Shown in pieces: positions 27,224-40,829 of a DNA stretch of 64,000 bases (position 1 is the stretch's first letter; each line of letters starts with the position of its first letter). The notes beneath the pieces were generated by a model that did not search any database, was not told the origin of the DNA, and was given only the letters and a program-made list of their open reading frames with translations. The stretch is from the human T2T-CHM13v2.0 reference genome, Homo sapiens. The position numbers and the translations under genes were made by a program. The DNA is taken from NCBI RefSeq assembly GCF_009914755.1, contig NC_060928.1. One strand, 5' to 3'.

Positions 27224-30114
27224 TATGTCATGTAGTGCTAAAAACTCAAAGAAAACTTTGCAGGTTAGAGGGGTAGAGGAAAAAAAGTTACTTGTATTTT
27301 ATATCACATACTTTAATTATATTAAGAAACTGCTCACCTTCTCTTTCAACCTGGGAATTTTAGGAGACAGGAATAATAAAGGACCTTCTAACACCAGGAT
27401 GATTTCTATGCATTAAGTTTCATCATTCATTTAATTTCATAAAGGCATTTTTATTCCTGAAATTATTGCTCTAGATAAGAAAATCTCTTATCTGAAATAA
27501 GACCCACAGAACATATTTTGGCAGTGTCCCTTTACTAAAGAGTGGTATTCAGTATCAGGACTTGTTTTTCTCCCAAAGACAGATACCACCAATGTTACAC
27601 TGCATTCGCAATGGAAATCATCACTTGGGCACTGAATCCAGCCACAGAGGATTTGGCAAAACAGCTGTAACCTCTTCTCTCTCCTCACCAGTAGGAACCC
27701 CACCACAGTTTTCCATCCGTTGGTGACCTCCATCCCAGATTACCTCAATGCCCTTTGCTCAGGGATATGGTTAAAGACCTCCCAGAAGCTCCAGCTGTTG
27801 GTACAGAATGTATCAGTTGTCTAGTTATTAACAGTCATAGGCTGACATGACTGCAGTGTCTCTGAATCCCCAGGGCTCATGTGGCTGGTGGTCCCCAGCT
27901 CTTTCATCAGCCTGAGTCACTGACTTTTTCAAGAGGTTATATTGAGCCCATTCATAGTTTGCAACTTTTGAACCTCCATGTAAGTTAATCACTTCTAGGC
28001 AAGGCGGTGGATTAGATATAAGTAAAAGGCAGAAAACACTCTTGAGAAGGGATAGATGTAAAAGTAAGTTTTGGTGAGTTCCCTCAGCTTTGCACAATGA
28101 ATTAGGCAGACACTAGCAGTAAGGAAAGTATTATTCCACAACGTTGCCACGGAATGCACATGCTTGCCAGCTGGAGGCTAGAGACTCTGTAACAAGATGG
28201 TCCCCCCATTCAGGTCCTACCATCACAACAACAAGATTTGGAGGAAAATGAGCATGAGGCAGCAATTTTCAGCAGAGAACATACAACTTGATTCTGCTTC
28301 TTCTAGCCTTCAGTGAAACTCAAGGTTATCACCTACTAACCCAGGTCTCTTGACTGTGGGAACCTGATCAGCTATTACAAGGCAAAATATCATTGTCAAA
28401 TGTTTCACTTCCAAAAATTTGCTTTTGTAACATGCTAGCTTGGAAATCAGAATGACTCTTCAGTGTACCAATGACATGGAAAGCTCTGAAATACTTAGTG
28501 GTTATCTGGGTTCATGTTAGTCCAGTATTTTTGGTTTGAGATAGTCAAGAAGTGTTTAAAACTGGGCAACAGAAAACAGTTTGAAAACATTAATTAAGAA
28601 TAATTAAAATAACATTATGGATACACTATATGATGGTTTATTATAATAGTTAACTCAGGCACATGTTATAGTGATGACTTCTGTTCACTCAGAGAAATCA
28701 GTTATGATTGCTGACAGCAAAATGGAGCTGAGTTCAAAGAAGACAGTTCATACGCAAACAGGGCAATCAGCATCCAGCTCTGTGACAAAAGATGCTGAAG
28801 AGTAGGTAGAATGACCTATCCAGGTATTAAGGTGAAATCATCCATTGTCCAAAGAGGAAGAAACTCATAATTAAGCATTTTAAGTTAATGGCCACTCATA
28901 AGTTGAGAAAGTTAAATGTCATGGAAAAATGGAGTTAGCTCAATTTGTATAACTAATTCCCAGAATTAATGTTTTTTGCTACTGAGTGTATTAAAGTAAC
29001 TCTGTAGAAAGTTATTGTTCATTGTTCAGTCATTCCCATGAGTTTTACAAAAGAGGAACTATGACAAATCAGCATAGTCAGTAGAAATATTATATAAGGA
29101 AATACATTTTAAAATATTTTGACACAGATGCTACCTATATGTTACAAATAGGTGTGTGGTTTTATTAAGCAGGCAATTTTTTCTCAGTAAGGATCATAAT
29201 TATCTCCCTCTAAATAGCTGGAATTTCAGCTGGATTCCTTACTACGTCCTCCTCACAGCACCACTTACCTTCATTCTGATCCCCACAAGGGTCTCAGCCA
29301 GTTACCAGCTGCAGGGCTCTGTGACTGTCTGGGTTTAACTGCTTGTTGAGTGATCCTACCAATGGCTTCACCATCCCAAGGACTCTGCCCCATGGGAGCT
29401 GCACATTGCCTTACCCTATACCAGGATCAATTTTCCCACATACTCCTTTGCATTTGAAGACCCTTTGGACTCGGCTCCCTAAGAACATTACTTTGGCTTT
29501 TGTAGTCCCTAAGGGTCACTATCTTTCAGCGTAAATCAAGGATTTGGGTCATAAGAGTCCAGGTTGCCTGAGACTCCTAAAAGCCAGTCTGGGGACAAGT
29601 ATCAGTCTGTGTTGTGGTTTTGTAACCATCTGCAGCAAAAATTAGGAGGGAGACAAATGTCAAGATAATGGATTTTTTTTTCATAAAGTTAAATGTAAAC
29701 TCTATAAAAGCTATTCATAGATTAATCTTACATACTTCTTACCCTTCTACTTTTTGGTGTTCTTTTTTCTCAAAAAATGATGGCAATTGATTGCAGGTTT
29801 TCCTAAATGTTCTTACTTTGCTAAAAATAAAGATTAAAACTATGTGTTATTATTTTTTCATCCTTCCTGCTTCTTTCCTCTTGCCCTTCCTTCTTCTTTT
29901 CTTTTTTATTTGTTTGTTTGTTTGTTTGTTTTTATTTTACTGATCCTTGGTGGAAAACATGGTGTCGTGAACTCTCACTGGTCCCCAGGCTATCCTGCCA
30001 GGCTGTGAATGCTCTTCTTCTACTGATCCTTTGGTTCCTATTAGACTGATCCTTTGGTTCCTATTAAACCTCTTCAAACTCTATTTTCCATGAAGGGATA
30101 CTAGTAAGACTATC

Positions 30115-30284
30115 AGGAAGGAAGGAAAGAAGGGATAAAGGGAGGAATGAAGGCAGGGAAGGAGGGAGGAGGGGAGGAAGGGAGGGAGGAAGGAAGGAAG
30201 AACGGAAAAGAGGAAGGAAGGGAGGGAGGGAGGAAGGGAAGAAGGGAAGGAGGGAGGAAGGGGGAGGGGAGGGAGGGGAAGAGA
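30115..30284. repeat. GA-rich (GGAA/GGGA)n homopurine tract
   Basis: ~170 bp almost entirely G/A, e.g. ggaaggaaggaaagaaggg...ggggaggggagggaggggaag. Confidence 0.95.
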
Positions 30285-30629
30285 TTCTGTCACTCTGGTC
30301 TTCTTTGTTTTCCACTCAAAATGTTTTCTCACTCAAGCTTAACTTTGTCACAATTCAGCATTGACTGAGAGTCATTTTCCCCTTCATATCCTATAAATTT
30401 GGGTTTAACACATACCATCTGAGTAAATTCAGTGGATCCAGAGAGAGTGTGGCCCACTTTTACTCTAGTGAACTCTAGAGTGACTAGATCACTCCTGTGA
30501 CAGCTTCTTTTTGACATAATGTATCAGAATGTGGAAATGTGCGTAGGCTTGAAAAGCCCCTGAGCACTCCTGGGACTAATCTGGCCTCTTTCAAGATGCT
30601 AAAGCAGGAGACAAGTGAGAAGGAGGCTA

Positions 30630-30795
30630 AGATCCTATAATTCCAGCCCTGCACTCTCTGGCAGAGTGATTTAAATATCATTAATTTAAATGAGACCCCT
30701 AATTATAAATGTCATTTTACAATTTGGGCTCTCATTTTCTTTACCCACGACAATGGAAGATTAAAACCTACCAGCCAAGGTTGTTGTAATATGAA
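30630..30795 (+). mobile_element. MIR fragment
   Basis: aattccagccctgcactctctggcagagtgattt...tgggctctcattttcttta...aatggaagattaaaacctacc. Confidence 0.5.
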
Positions 30796-31049
30796 GAAGC
30801 AAGGCCATTTGAGTCCCCACAGGACCACTGCTAGACCAGAGTGGCCCCACTCTGATGTTTTCAGTCCACCTCAGACTGGGCTCCAGAGTTAAAGTGCAGC
30901 AAAATACAAGATTGTTAATTTTGAAATACAAGGGGCCAGCAATTAATAGTTCAATTATCCATTAAAATTTCAGCTGCAGACTAGAAAGAGAAATACTTTG
31001 TTTCTATAAGTAATATTTATCTCAAGACACCCAAAGACCAATTTTTGTT

Positions 31050-32355
31050 TTCATTAATATCAGAAATAAGGTAAAGATATTCATTACTGCCACCATTAGG
31101 ATTCTTTGCAGGTTTTAGTCAATAGATTAAGATACTAAACATAACTAAGATAATTAATGACTGAAAAGGCAAGTAGAAATCATCTTAATTTCTCATGTAA
31201 TTGTCTAAAAGAAGACAATATAAGCAAACGGTAAGCAACTATAACTAATAAAAGAATTATAGCAAGGAGAGGTGAACATTAAGAAAAATATACAAAATCG
31301 GTAAATAAATAACCAGTTAGAAAATACAATGCCGAATATTTCATTTAAAAAATATATAATTACTAGAAAACCGCCCCCCCAATGTAAAATACATTAAATT
31401 GTTAAAGTGATTATTAGACAACGAATAGCAAGGGGATGGAAGTGGGCATCAGTGGCTGGTGTCTATTCACTGGAGAATCAACAGGGACAGGCCAGGGTGA
31501 GGAAGCAAAGGGCAAAGGCAGAGACGTGGGGAGGGGCAGGAGTCTAGTTAAAGTGGAAGTTTAAATTGAAACCAGGGGATAAACTGGTTATTTAGAGTCT
31601 TAAAATCTAAGCAGAGGCATTTAAACCTGATACAGAAAAAAAAAAAATAGACACAAGAATTAACAAAGGAAAAGCAATGCTGATGCAGAAGATTAATTTC
31701 TTCAATTAATTTGCTGTTATTCTATGGTGAAGATTAGATACTTCTCACAAACTCCTTCGGGCTGTGTCTGCGGATTAAGATTACTTTCTTCCACAAATAT
31801 TTGTTAAGAATCCACCACACACACTGAGCATACAGTGGTAAACCAGACACATTCCCTGTCATCTTAAAGTGAAAAGTGCACCACATCTCAGAAAAGTCAG
31901 AGACAGATTTTATTCTATGTAGCAATGTTATATTGCAAAGGTCACATTACAAAATCAATGGAGCAAAAGAAATGGCACAGATTTGGTACCATTGATTGAT
32001 TAGTTAACTGAAGAGTTAATAATAAAATTAGACTTATCACAAAATCTTTCACTAAAATTTTTCATTTGTACTAAAGAATTAACTATACATGAAACCATAA
32101 ATAAAGGAAATAAGGAAACAGATTAATAGTGATCTTATCTCTGAATGCAGAAGGTCTTTCAATGGGATAAAGTCAATGGAAGAAATGCAGAGAGCAGGAA
32201 CAGAGTCAAATACACAGAATTTTAAAATAATTTTCTCTAAGTTTAAAATTAGAAAGAGTAAAGAGGAAGAAACCTAAGCAAATAATTAAACTAAAAACTG
32301 ATACTAATGCTTAACAAATTAGAAAGCAAGTGGAAATAATATTTGCAACAAACAT
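31050..32355 (+). mobile_element. Old L1ME-like ORF2 fragments (discontinuous)
   Basis: atatcagaaataaggtaaagatattcattactgc, caactataactaataaaagaatt and ggaaataatatttgcaaca are degenerate sense L1 ORF2 motifs. Confidence 0.45.
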
Positions 32356-33516
32356 TTGTGTTGTAATATTAAGCAGGCCCTGATTTGATAAATCCAAAGG
32401 AAATGATCTGACATACAACCATAATTACACATTCAAAGAGAAGCATTGGATTGGTAATTAATTTTAATTTTAACATACCCTTTCTACAGTAACCAAATAT
32501 AATAACACTAATGCTTCCTTATTTTAAAGATGAGTTGTGTTTAGCAAAGATTTTTAAAGCAGCTCAATTAAATTCGTTATCATTCTGAAACCGTTTGGTG
32601 CAGCTTTCAATTTCTTTGTGGATCTTATAGTGCTACTTTGTTTCACCCAATTCTCCCTTAAATTAGACAAGGTTTCTGAGTTGTCTGACTCAGGAACACC
32701 AGAGCTTTGTCATACATCAAATCCTCTTTTTGTTTTTTCTACTCTAATTGGAAATGCTAACTCTTTTATCAAAAAAGTATTTTGTATGTATTCTTTCTCT
32801 TACCTAATTAGGTAAAAGATTACTTTTGTCCAACTCTTTCCCTGGAAGTACAAAGAAATCTGTAGAGAGATTAAGTGGAACATCTCCATGTCAGCAGTAT
32901 GGACTTCTAAAGCTGCTTTTTCCAGTCTCAAAATGTGTCTCAATTTGCCCATCTCTTTTCATTTTCCTGCCTCAACCCAATTATGCTGTATTTCCTGAAT
33001 GTTAAGAAACACTTTACTTTTTACATTTTAATATTTCTAAAATGGGATTTTTAAGTGAATTCTCCAGTTTCCTTATTACGTTTTACTCATCTTAATTGAA
33101 ATAAGCAGTTCTCTTAATAAAGACAATGGCTTAAATATTCTATATGGAATTGTAAAATATAAGGCATCATTTAATTAAAAAAACTATTTTCTCAAAGGTC
33201 CAATGTCTCCCTTATGGAAAAAATGAAAACAATATTCAAAAAAATCTTAGTAAGATATTATGAAATTTCTTTCATTTTCGAATGATGTATACTACAAAAT
33301 TTCTTCCCTGGAATTCTTATAAAAGCAATGCGGAAGATCTGGAGAAACAGTTAAGTACTTAGAAGTTGGGAGAAACATTCTTTTGCAAGGAGACACCTGC
33401 TTTGTTGAAAACAACTGTGCTGCTGTTCAGCTGAATGCATTTAGGGGGCAAAACTGTGTCGGTTCTGATTACTCAGTGCCTGTGCTGCACCTGTTATTAA
33501 AAGCTTTGTACATCAC

Positions 33517-33660
33517 CCGTTGTGTGTTGGTAGATGTTAACAACTGGCTCTCTGGTTAAAAAAAAAAATGAGCGTGAGAGAAGAATTGTTGTGTATCTTT
33601 CCAACAGAGTTGGAAAGAGATGCACACAGGTTCTCCCTAGCAGGCTCCTGAATTGAATTC
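33517..33660. mobile_element. MER63-like hAT remnant with an internal hairpin
   Basis: tgtgttggtagatgttaacaactggctctct resembles the MER63 terminus; imperfect inverted repeat gtgtatctttccaac/gttggaaagagatgcac. Confidence 0.45.
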
Positions 33661-34479
33661 CTGGAAAGGAGCTGGCACCCAGACTTCATAAAGGAGAATT
33701 ATGGTAGGGGAGCAAGAGCAGAAATTGAGTGGGCAAGGATAATTGAGTCAGAGGTTAAACAAATTTTATAAGAAAAAAATTGTCAAGTTCTGGTTTATTA
33801 GGTTGTTTATAGGGAGTGGGGATTGGGAGCAATGTAAACACCCTAATCTATTTTTTCTATGAAATCTTAGGAAAATTTTCCATTGCTCATTAATGCTTTG
33901 GTATGCATTGTGGGGAGTGGCAAGGAGGGGAGCGTGAATTACAAAATGCTGAGTCCTGTTTCAAGATTGGTGCAGGACGAAAACTGAGGCTGATTGTGGG
34001 ATAGCGAACTTGCATGTCAAAAGTAATTTAAGAGAGCAAAAAATGGAAGATAGAGTGGATAGATGTTTCCTATTAAAGAAGAAGCAGAAAATTTTGTTTG
34101 TTTTGTTTTTGTCTTGCTAGAAAGTTCGAATTAGCCATAGAGGGTATTAGAGAAAAGGAAAGAAAAGGCAGAGAAAGGGATAGTGTAAAATGCATGAGTT
34201 TCCATTGGGTCTGGGGACTGTATGGTCAGCCAACACTGTTAAGCCATAATTAGCCAAGTTTTCTATCCGCTTTTGATGCAGAAACAGATTCAATTTTGAT
34301 ATAGTCTAATACAGCCATCTAACCAAAATTGGGGCCTTGATTTTTAAGTATTTAAGAATCTCTTCTGGATAGAGCTTCATAAATTATTTGTATCTTCTCA
34401 TATTTTCCCCATATTTTTATCTGAGAAACTTTCAAAGAAGAGTCAAATTACATTCCACGATACAAGATACACACAAATA

Positions 34480-34625
34480 TGATTTACTTATCGCCATTTT
34501 ATATAAATTGGGAAAATGGAGGCAAAGAAATTGAATGGATTTGTCCAGAAGTATCTCCTTTGTCCAGACATAGGCCTGGAAAGAGAGCCACATCTTCAGA
34601 CTTCTGATTCTGTGCTCTTTCTTTG
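34480..34625 (-). mobile_element. MIR fragment
   Basis: ttatcgccattttatataaattgggaaaatggaggcaaagaaattgaatggatttgtcc. Confidence 0.55.
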
Positions 34626-37164
34626 AGATAGTATCTATTTGGCTCTGCAACAAGCTCTTGAATGCACAGAGGCCATCAGACAGGCAAAATGGTTATGGTT
34701 ATATTTTGCACATCACTTGAGAGGCACTTTCTGCACTGGGCCTCTTCTGACCAGAGGAGAGAAGTGGGGAGGAGGACTGGATGCGGCTGTTCCCTGTGTG
34801 GTCCAGAGGCCTTTACTACAGGAAGTGGGCCCTTCCAACCACAGTTGTACCAGGAATCCTTCTTTCCCCTTATAGTAAAGCCCTGTTTATAAATATACAT
34901 GCACCCATACACAAACATATACATCCCTTAAATGTCCAGAGCAGTTCTGTGTCCACAGAGATAAATACAGAGAGAAGAATGACAGAGACAGATGGATACA
35001 GAAATATTTTTAATTTTTAAAGAAAACATTTGCCCACTTTAGGGAGAGACAGTCAGTTCTAAGGGAAAGGAAACCTGTACTTAGGCTAAACTTCCTCAGG
35101 ATTAATTATTACTGTATTTGAAATCCCAATGACTTGACCCATCATTAGTGGATAAGTGTAGGCCAGGGAATAAATATCCACTCTGTCCACAATAAGACAG
35201 GTATCCGCATCAAGTTCAAAGGCCACTGGACTTTACCACACACGCATTTAGGCCATCTTTAGAGTTGTGATGATGACGAAAGGGTGGATGTACTCTGAAA
35301 GCCCAAGGAGGCAGCCAGCACAACCTCAGGCTAATTAGCAGAAACCACAGGTATAACCAGCTGCTGGGCCATTCACGTAACCAATCCTCAAGCCAGATGC
35401 CGCTTTTGGAAAAACATACCTCAGTGCTCCTCATTGAAATTCCATCTCTAGGCTTATAAAGAGTGTACTGTGTGAGCAACACAGGCATGGCTTGGGGCAC
35501 TTGGGGCCATTCTGTGAGATATAGTGAGAAGCCCTGCTCTGCTTTCCAAATGGCTGCTCATTGTAAACAGCCTGTTCAGTGGGCCTGAGAACACAGCACA
35601 GACCCCGCTGGCGGAGGTTTATGCACGCCGGTGATTCCAGCCACACTCTGTTCTGACTTGTGGAGGAAAAAGATCAGACGGGTATAAAATCTCATATGAA
35701 GTAAATGAACGAAGAAGTGTTTTATCAATAAAATTTCATTTACACCTCACTTGCATATCGCTCAAATGACAAAAGCACGCGAACACCTCACATCTTCTTT
35801 AGAACATATGTCTTCATTCTATTAATAAATAGAGTACAGACCTCAAACACTTGTGTACTTAAAAAGTGTTATTTGAAGGTGGTGGCATTTGTTGATTTGA
35901 ATTCATGCACTTGGCTTACAAAGGGTTCTCTTTACTCCATCTTATTTAATGTGACTTCAAATCAACAACCAATCTTTTTCATGAAGGAAACATTTAATAA
36001 TTTAAATGGATTTTATAACAATTTGATACCATACCCAACGCATGTTGGTGCTTGGCATTTTTAATATTTGCAAGATCATGATTCAATCTTTTGGTACACT
36101 TCCTGTTATTTCATACATATTCTGTAGAAGCATCTACTCTGGAGAATAACATTTGGCAACAAAACTAAAAGATCAGATCACAAAAGAGCAATTATAAATA
36201 CTCTTATGCAGCTCAGAACAACAAAAAAGTGTAGAGCATATGTAAATTGGCATAATGTCTTTCCAGAGCTGGAGAAAGAAGCCTATTAAAAGACAAAAAC
36301 CCTGAAAAGCAGAAAAAGGAAAAAAGGCAGAAGGGCTAATAATAGAACTTTATAATTTGTAAAAGATAGCCAGGGGATGGTGGCATCCCGCAAATACTTT
36401 CAATTTGCCAGGTTACACTACCTATTTTTCTTACCCCTTAATATATGTAGTAAGTTTTCATCTATCCACATTCCTCATTTTCTATATGATTTTTCAAATT
36501 CTTTCCTCTCTCTGTCATGATTTCCTGTTTTCCCAGTCAAAACTGTCGGAAGTTTGTGATAAAGAAATATACGAAGACCTCTTTACAATAAATTATTGAT
36601 AACATGTCCTAATGTTCTGGCGGGAAGAATATTTTCAGGGTTACTACACTAAATTTGAGTTCATCAAGCAGCCTTTGTTCCTTCCATTTCTATTGCCCAC
36701 TTTGTCCCTCTCATTGCTAGTAACAATATACCTTGATGCTACCAGAATTGGGAAGCTGCGTATGGAATAGTGCTCAAATCAGGAATCATATCATAAAACA
36801 GAGACTGCACACATTACAAAGAATGAGAAGCAAGGTCGAAACAAGAAGATAGACTAAAATGAAATGTGTTGATATTAAATATACACAGAGAAGAGACTGT
36901 AAGGAAATGTCACAAAGAAGACAAGTAAAAGAAAGGAAATTTTGATACAGGTTTCAGGCCAATTCCAAGGTCCTTTACTTAACCTTCAAAAAGCTTTAAA
37001 TAATTCTCTCAGTTAATAAGTGTGGAAATCCACATCCCGGAGACATCTAATTCTTTATTTCTAAATAGGTTAGAAAAAACTACATTTGCATTTTTGTAAT
37101 GTAAGCAGTTTCTAGAAAGAGTAAAATGCTAATTTAAAAATTATTGTTTCAAATAATATGGCTT

Positions 37165-39992
37165 ACTTCTGGTCTTTTCAAGATAATGTAAATCGATTTT
37201 TTTTCTATTTCTTCTTGCAAAGCAAATTATAAGCCCTGAAAAATGTCACCAAAGACAAACAGAAGAGAATTCTGAAAGACGGCAAGAAGATGAGCTTGTT
37301 TAGTACCACTGGACTGAAGACTCAATGCAGCAAAAAGGAATCTTATATCTCCCACCAAAACCATGGAAAAGAAGGCCACCCAGACAAATATTTCCAACAC
37401 TTGTCCCAGTAACAGAAGGTGACTCAAGTAGGCTTACCACTCTCTTGGATGGAATAAGACTACCTTTGACAATATCAGGTGATCTCAACACCAACAGCAA
37501 GAGGATTGGTTAGAAGCCCCTTACCAACAATTAGCAGCCAGGAGAAGCACTCTACTCCCCTCCAGGCCTGAGACTCCTGTCTCCCACCTAGAGACACTAA
37601 GGCAGAAGAGAAAAATTCTGCCAGAGGGACCAAGCTACAGAAAGATGCCTAGTCCAGGAAGAGTCTTAATCCCTGGGGCCCAAGCCTCTCCTCTCCCACT
37701 CAGAGGCATAAGAAGGAGGACCCTACCACACCTTCACTCACTGAGAGACACTTGAAGTCTAGGCCTGAAAATGTCTTCTTCTTCCTCAAGAAATAAGCAA
37801 GCAGGGAACAGTAACAGCCTCAGTGGAACCAAATAAGCCAATCAGACCAAAATAACATTGCAAAGACTGAAAAGTAAACTTTCAGTGGAATCAAAGCCCA
37901 CAAAAATATGTCAAGACTCACCTGCTAACCCTAAACAGGGTAACTGCTTGCTAAAATAAAATATTTAAATGGGTCCCAGAGACTCCTAACAGAATAGATA
38001 AAAATGAACAGGATAGAATGAAAAATAATCTCATATTAGTAACCAAGAAAATCATAACTTCAATAAGAAAAATAATCAACTGACATCAACATTGAGATGA
38101 GTCATATATAGGAATTACTTGACAAAAATTTTTAAGAAACCACCATAAAAATGCTTCAACAATCAATTATGAATTCTCTTAAAACAAACAAAAAAATATA
38201 AAAATCTCAGCAGAGAAAGAAAAGTTATTAAAAAAACATAATCAAATAGAAACTGTAGGATGGAAAAACTACAATAGAAACTAAAAACTCACTGGATTGA
38301 TTAAATAGTAGGGTGAAGATAACAGAGGATAGAATCTGTAAACTCCAGGACAAAACAATATAATTCACCCAATCTGAACAGCAGAGAGAAAATAGACTGA
38401 AGAAAAATTTCCAGAGCCTTAAAAACATAGGAATAATAACAAGAATCCTAAATTTCTATCGTTGGAGCTGCAGATGGAAAAAAGAGGAAAAGAGTGGGAC
38501 TGAAAAAGTATTGAGTAAAAATTAACTATTGAGAAACTTGCAAATTTACCAAAAGATACAAATTTACAGAATGAAGAAATGAATTAATTCCCCAAAAAAT
38601 AAATCCAAATAAATCCATGCCAAGACTCATTATAGTCAAATTTCTGAAAACTAAAGAGAAAGAAAAAATCTTGGAAACAGCCAGAGAAATAACACATTAC
38701 CTATAGGGAATCACCAATTAAAATAATAGCAGATTTTTTTCATCTGAAACTGTGTAGTCCAGAAAGAAGTGGCACAATATTTTTCAAGTAGTGAAAGAAA
38801 AAATTTGTCAACTTCAAAAACTATATCCAGTGAAACTACCTTTTAGGAATAAAAGAGAAACAGGGACCTTCTTAGGCAAAGGAAAACAACCATTAAAGAT
38901 TGACTACAGGAATTTCTTCAGGGAGAAAGAAAATGATAAAAGAAAAAGTCTTCAGACAATCAGAAAAAAAAATGGGAAGAGCAGAAGTCTGTATATATGT
39001 ACAATAAACTGTCCCTTTCCTCATGAATTTCATAAGTCATAGTTGATGTTTTAACTAAAAATTATGCTGAGGTGGGTGGATCACTTGAGCCCAGGAGTTC
39101 AAGACCAGCCTAGACAACATGGTGAGACCCTGTCTCTACAAAAAATAAAACATTAGCCAGGTTCAATGGCACACATCTGTAGTCTGAAGTGTGCTGAAGG
39201 GAAGGAGGCTGAAGTGGGAGGATCACTTGAGCCTAAGAGGTTAAGGCTACAGTGAGCCTTGATTATGCCAGTGAACTCTAGCCTGGATGACAGAGAAAGA
39301 CCCTGTCTCAAGAAAAATTATTATACCATGTCATACTTAAGACAATGATATTTTTAAAGTTGGGAAAGTAGAGACCTAAATAAAAGTTCAGTTGCCACAC
39401 TTCGCTGGAAGTAGTAAAATGTTGATAGCAGTAGACTGAAAAGTCACATGTTACATGTGTATCTTTTAATACCTAGACCAATCACTATGAAACTAAGAAA
39501 ACACATATGCCATAAAGCATAAATAAATCAAGATGAAAATTGTTCAAGTAACTCACAGAAAGGCAAGAAATAAGAAACAGAGGAACAAACACCAGAAGAA
39601 AAACAAGCAAACAAATAATTGTCTGACTTAAGTGCTAACCTATTAATAATCACCTTAAATGTAAATGGTCTAAATATGCCAATCAAAGGACAGATATTGG
39701 CATAATGGATTAAATAAAATGATTCAACTATTTGCTGCCTAAAAAACTCACTTCAAATTCAACAACATAGGTTGGAAGTGAAAGAATGAAAAAAATATGC
39801 CATGAAAACATTATTTTTTAAAAAAGAAAGCTTTGGCTATATTTTAAAGTAGACATCAGAGCAAAGGAAATTACTGGACACAAAGAGAGATATTACATAA
39901 TTATAAAAGGATCAGTCTACCAGGAAAATATAAGGATCCCAAATATGTGCACATCAAAGCCTCAAATGCATGAAGCAAAAACTGATAGAGCT
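37165..39992 (+). mobile_element. L1MD/L1MC-like 5' half (5'UTR, ORF1, start of ORF2), 3'-truncated
   Basis: 5' end acttctggtcttttcaagat; ORF1 motifs (aatctgaacagcagagagaaaatagactg, ctatatccagtgaaactacc); ORF2 start region ttaaatgtaaatggtctaaat. Confidence 0.8.
39066..39317 (+). mobile_element. AluJ, 5'-truncated
   Basis: ggatcacttgagcccaggagttcaagaccagcc...gaggttaaggctacagtgagcc...gaccctgtctca (J-type diagnostics); short TSD aaaattat. Confidence 0.9.
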
Positions 39993-39993
39993 C

Positions 39994-40160
39994 AATTCTA
40001 AAATGTACATTTTTTAATCACATTTAATGTTTCTGAAAAGTGTATGTTTACAATAGAGATATAATTTAATGCAAAAAAAGTTGTTAAGTTTAAAAAGCCA
40101 TTATTAAATCAATGTTTCGCTTTATATTTCAATAGTGTCTTAGATATGAGGAAATGTGAC
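39994..40160. mobile_element. MER104-like Tc2 MITE remnant
   Basis: aattctaaaatgtacattttttaatcacatttaatgtttctgaaa...gtgtcttagatatgaggaaat; a similar fragment lies at ~32985-33055. Confidence 0.45.
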
Positions 40161-40829
40161 GATGGCTTTCTGAGTGTTTCAAAAGTGTGAGTCGTACTGC
40201 ATGGTAGACAAAAGAAAGAATTCAATATAATTGGCTGATTCAGAGACTCTTAGAGTACCTACTCATTTCATAAGCTAAATTTCTAAATCAAAACAGATAC
40301 AAATATATCAAGTAAATAAAAGTTGGTTTATTATTAAGGCAAAGAGTATAATATCTTAAAATACTGTCAAGTCAACTTATAAAACAAACTTTTGTTTCTT
40401 ACACTGGTCAGAATTTTCATCTAACAGCTTAATTTTACTGTTTAACTGCACATTTCATTAACCAAACACTGTGAAGTTGCTCAGTTTAGAGACTTGAATT
40501 TCTTTTTGTTTTTGTTTTAGTGAATGAGCAGCAGAAAGAAACAAAATTTGGCTGATGTCTGCTGATGCTGTGTGCATTCGGTGGACATTTACTACCAGAA
40601 ATCAGTTCTGGAATTCTCCAAGTGTCTTGAGCAATGGTTATGTCTTCTACTGTTGCTTTAATTATTCTTCTCTAATTGCCCTTGATCTTGAGCTTCTGGA
40701 GTTGTCAGATATCCGGTGTAGTTTGTTGTCTGTACGGGGGGGGGGCATTGTCAAGTGCAGCTAAGTATTTTAGCAAGAATTTGCACATGAGACGATGAGG
40801 TTGAAATATAATGTTGTTTTGTCTATTTT

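Noticed and set aside
30064-30368. Pro/Ser/Leu- and Gly/Arg/Glu-rich ORFs
   Set aside because: Translations of the GA-rich low-complexity tract.
35599-35617. CTCF-like site (minus strand CCGCCAGCGGGGTCTG)
   Set aside because: Mismatches at several core positions; too weak without ChIP data.
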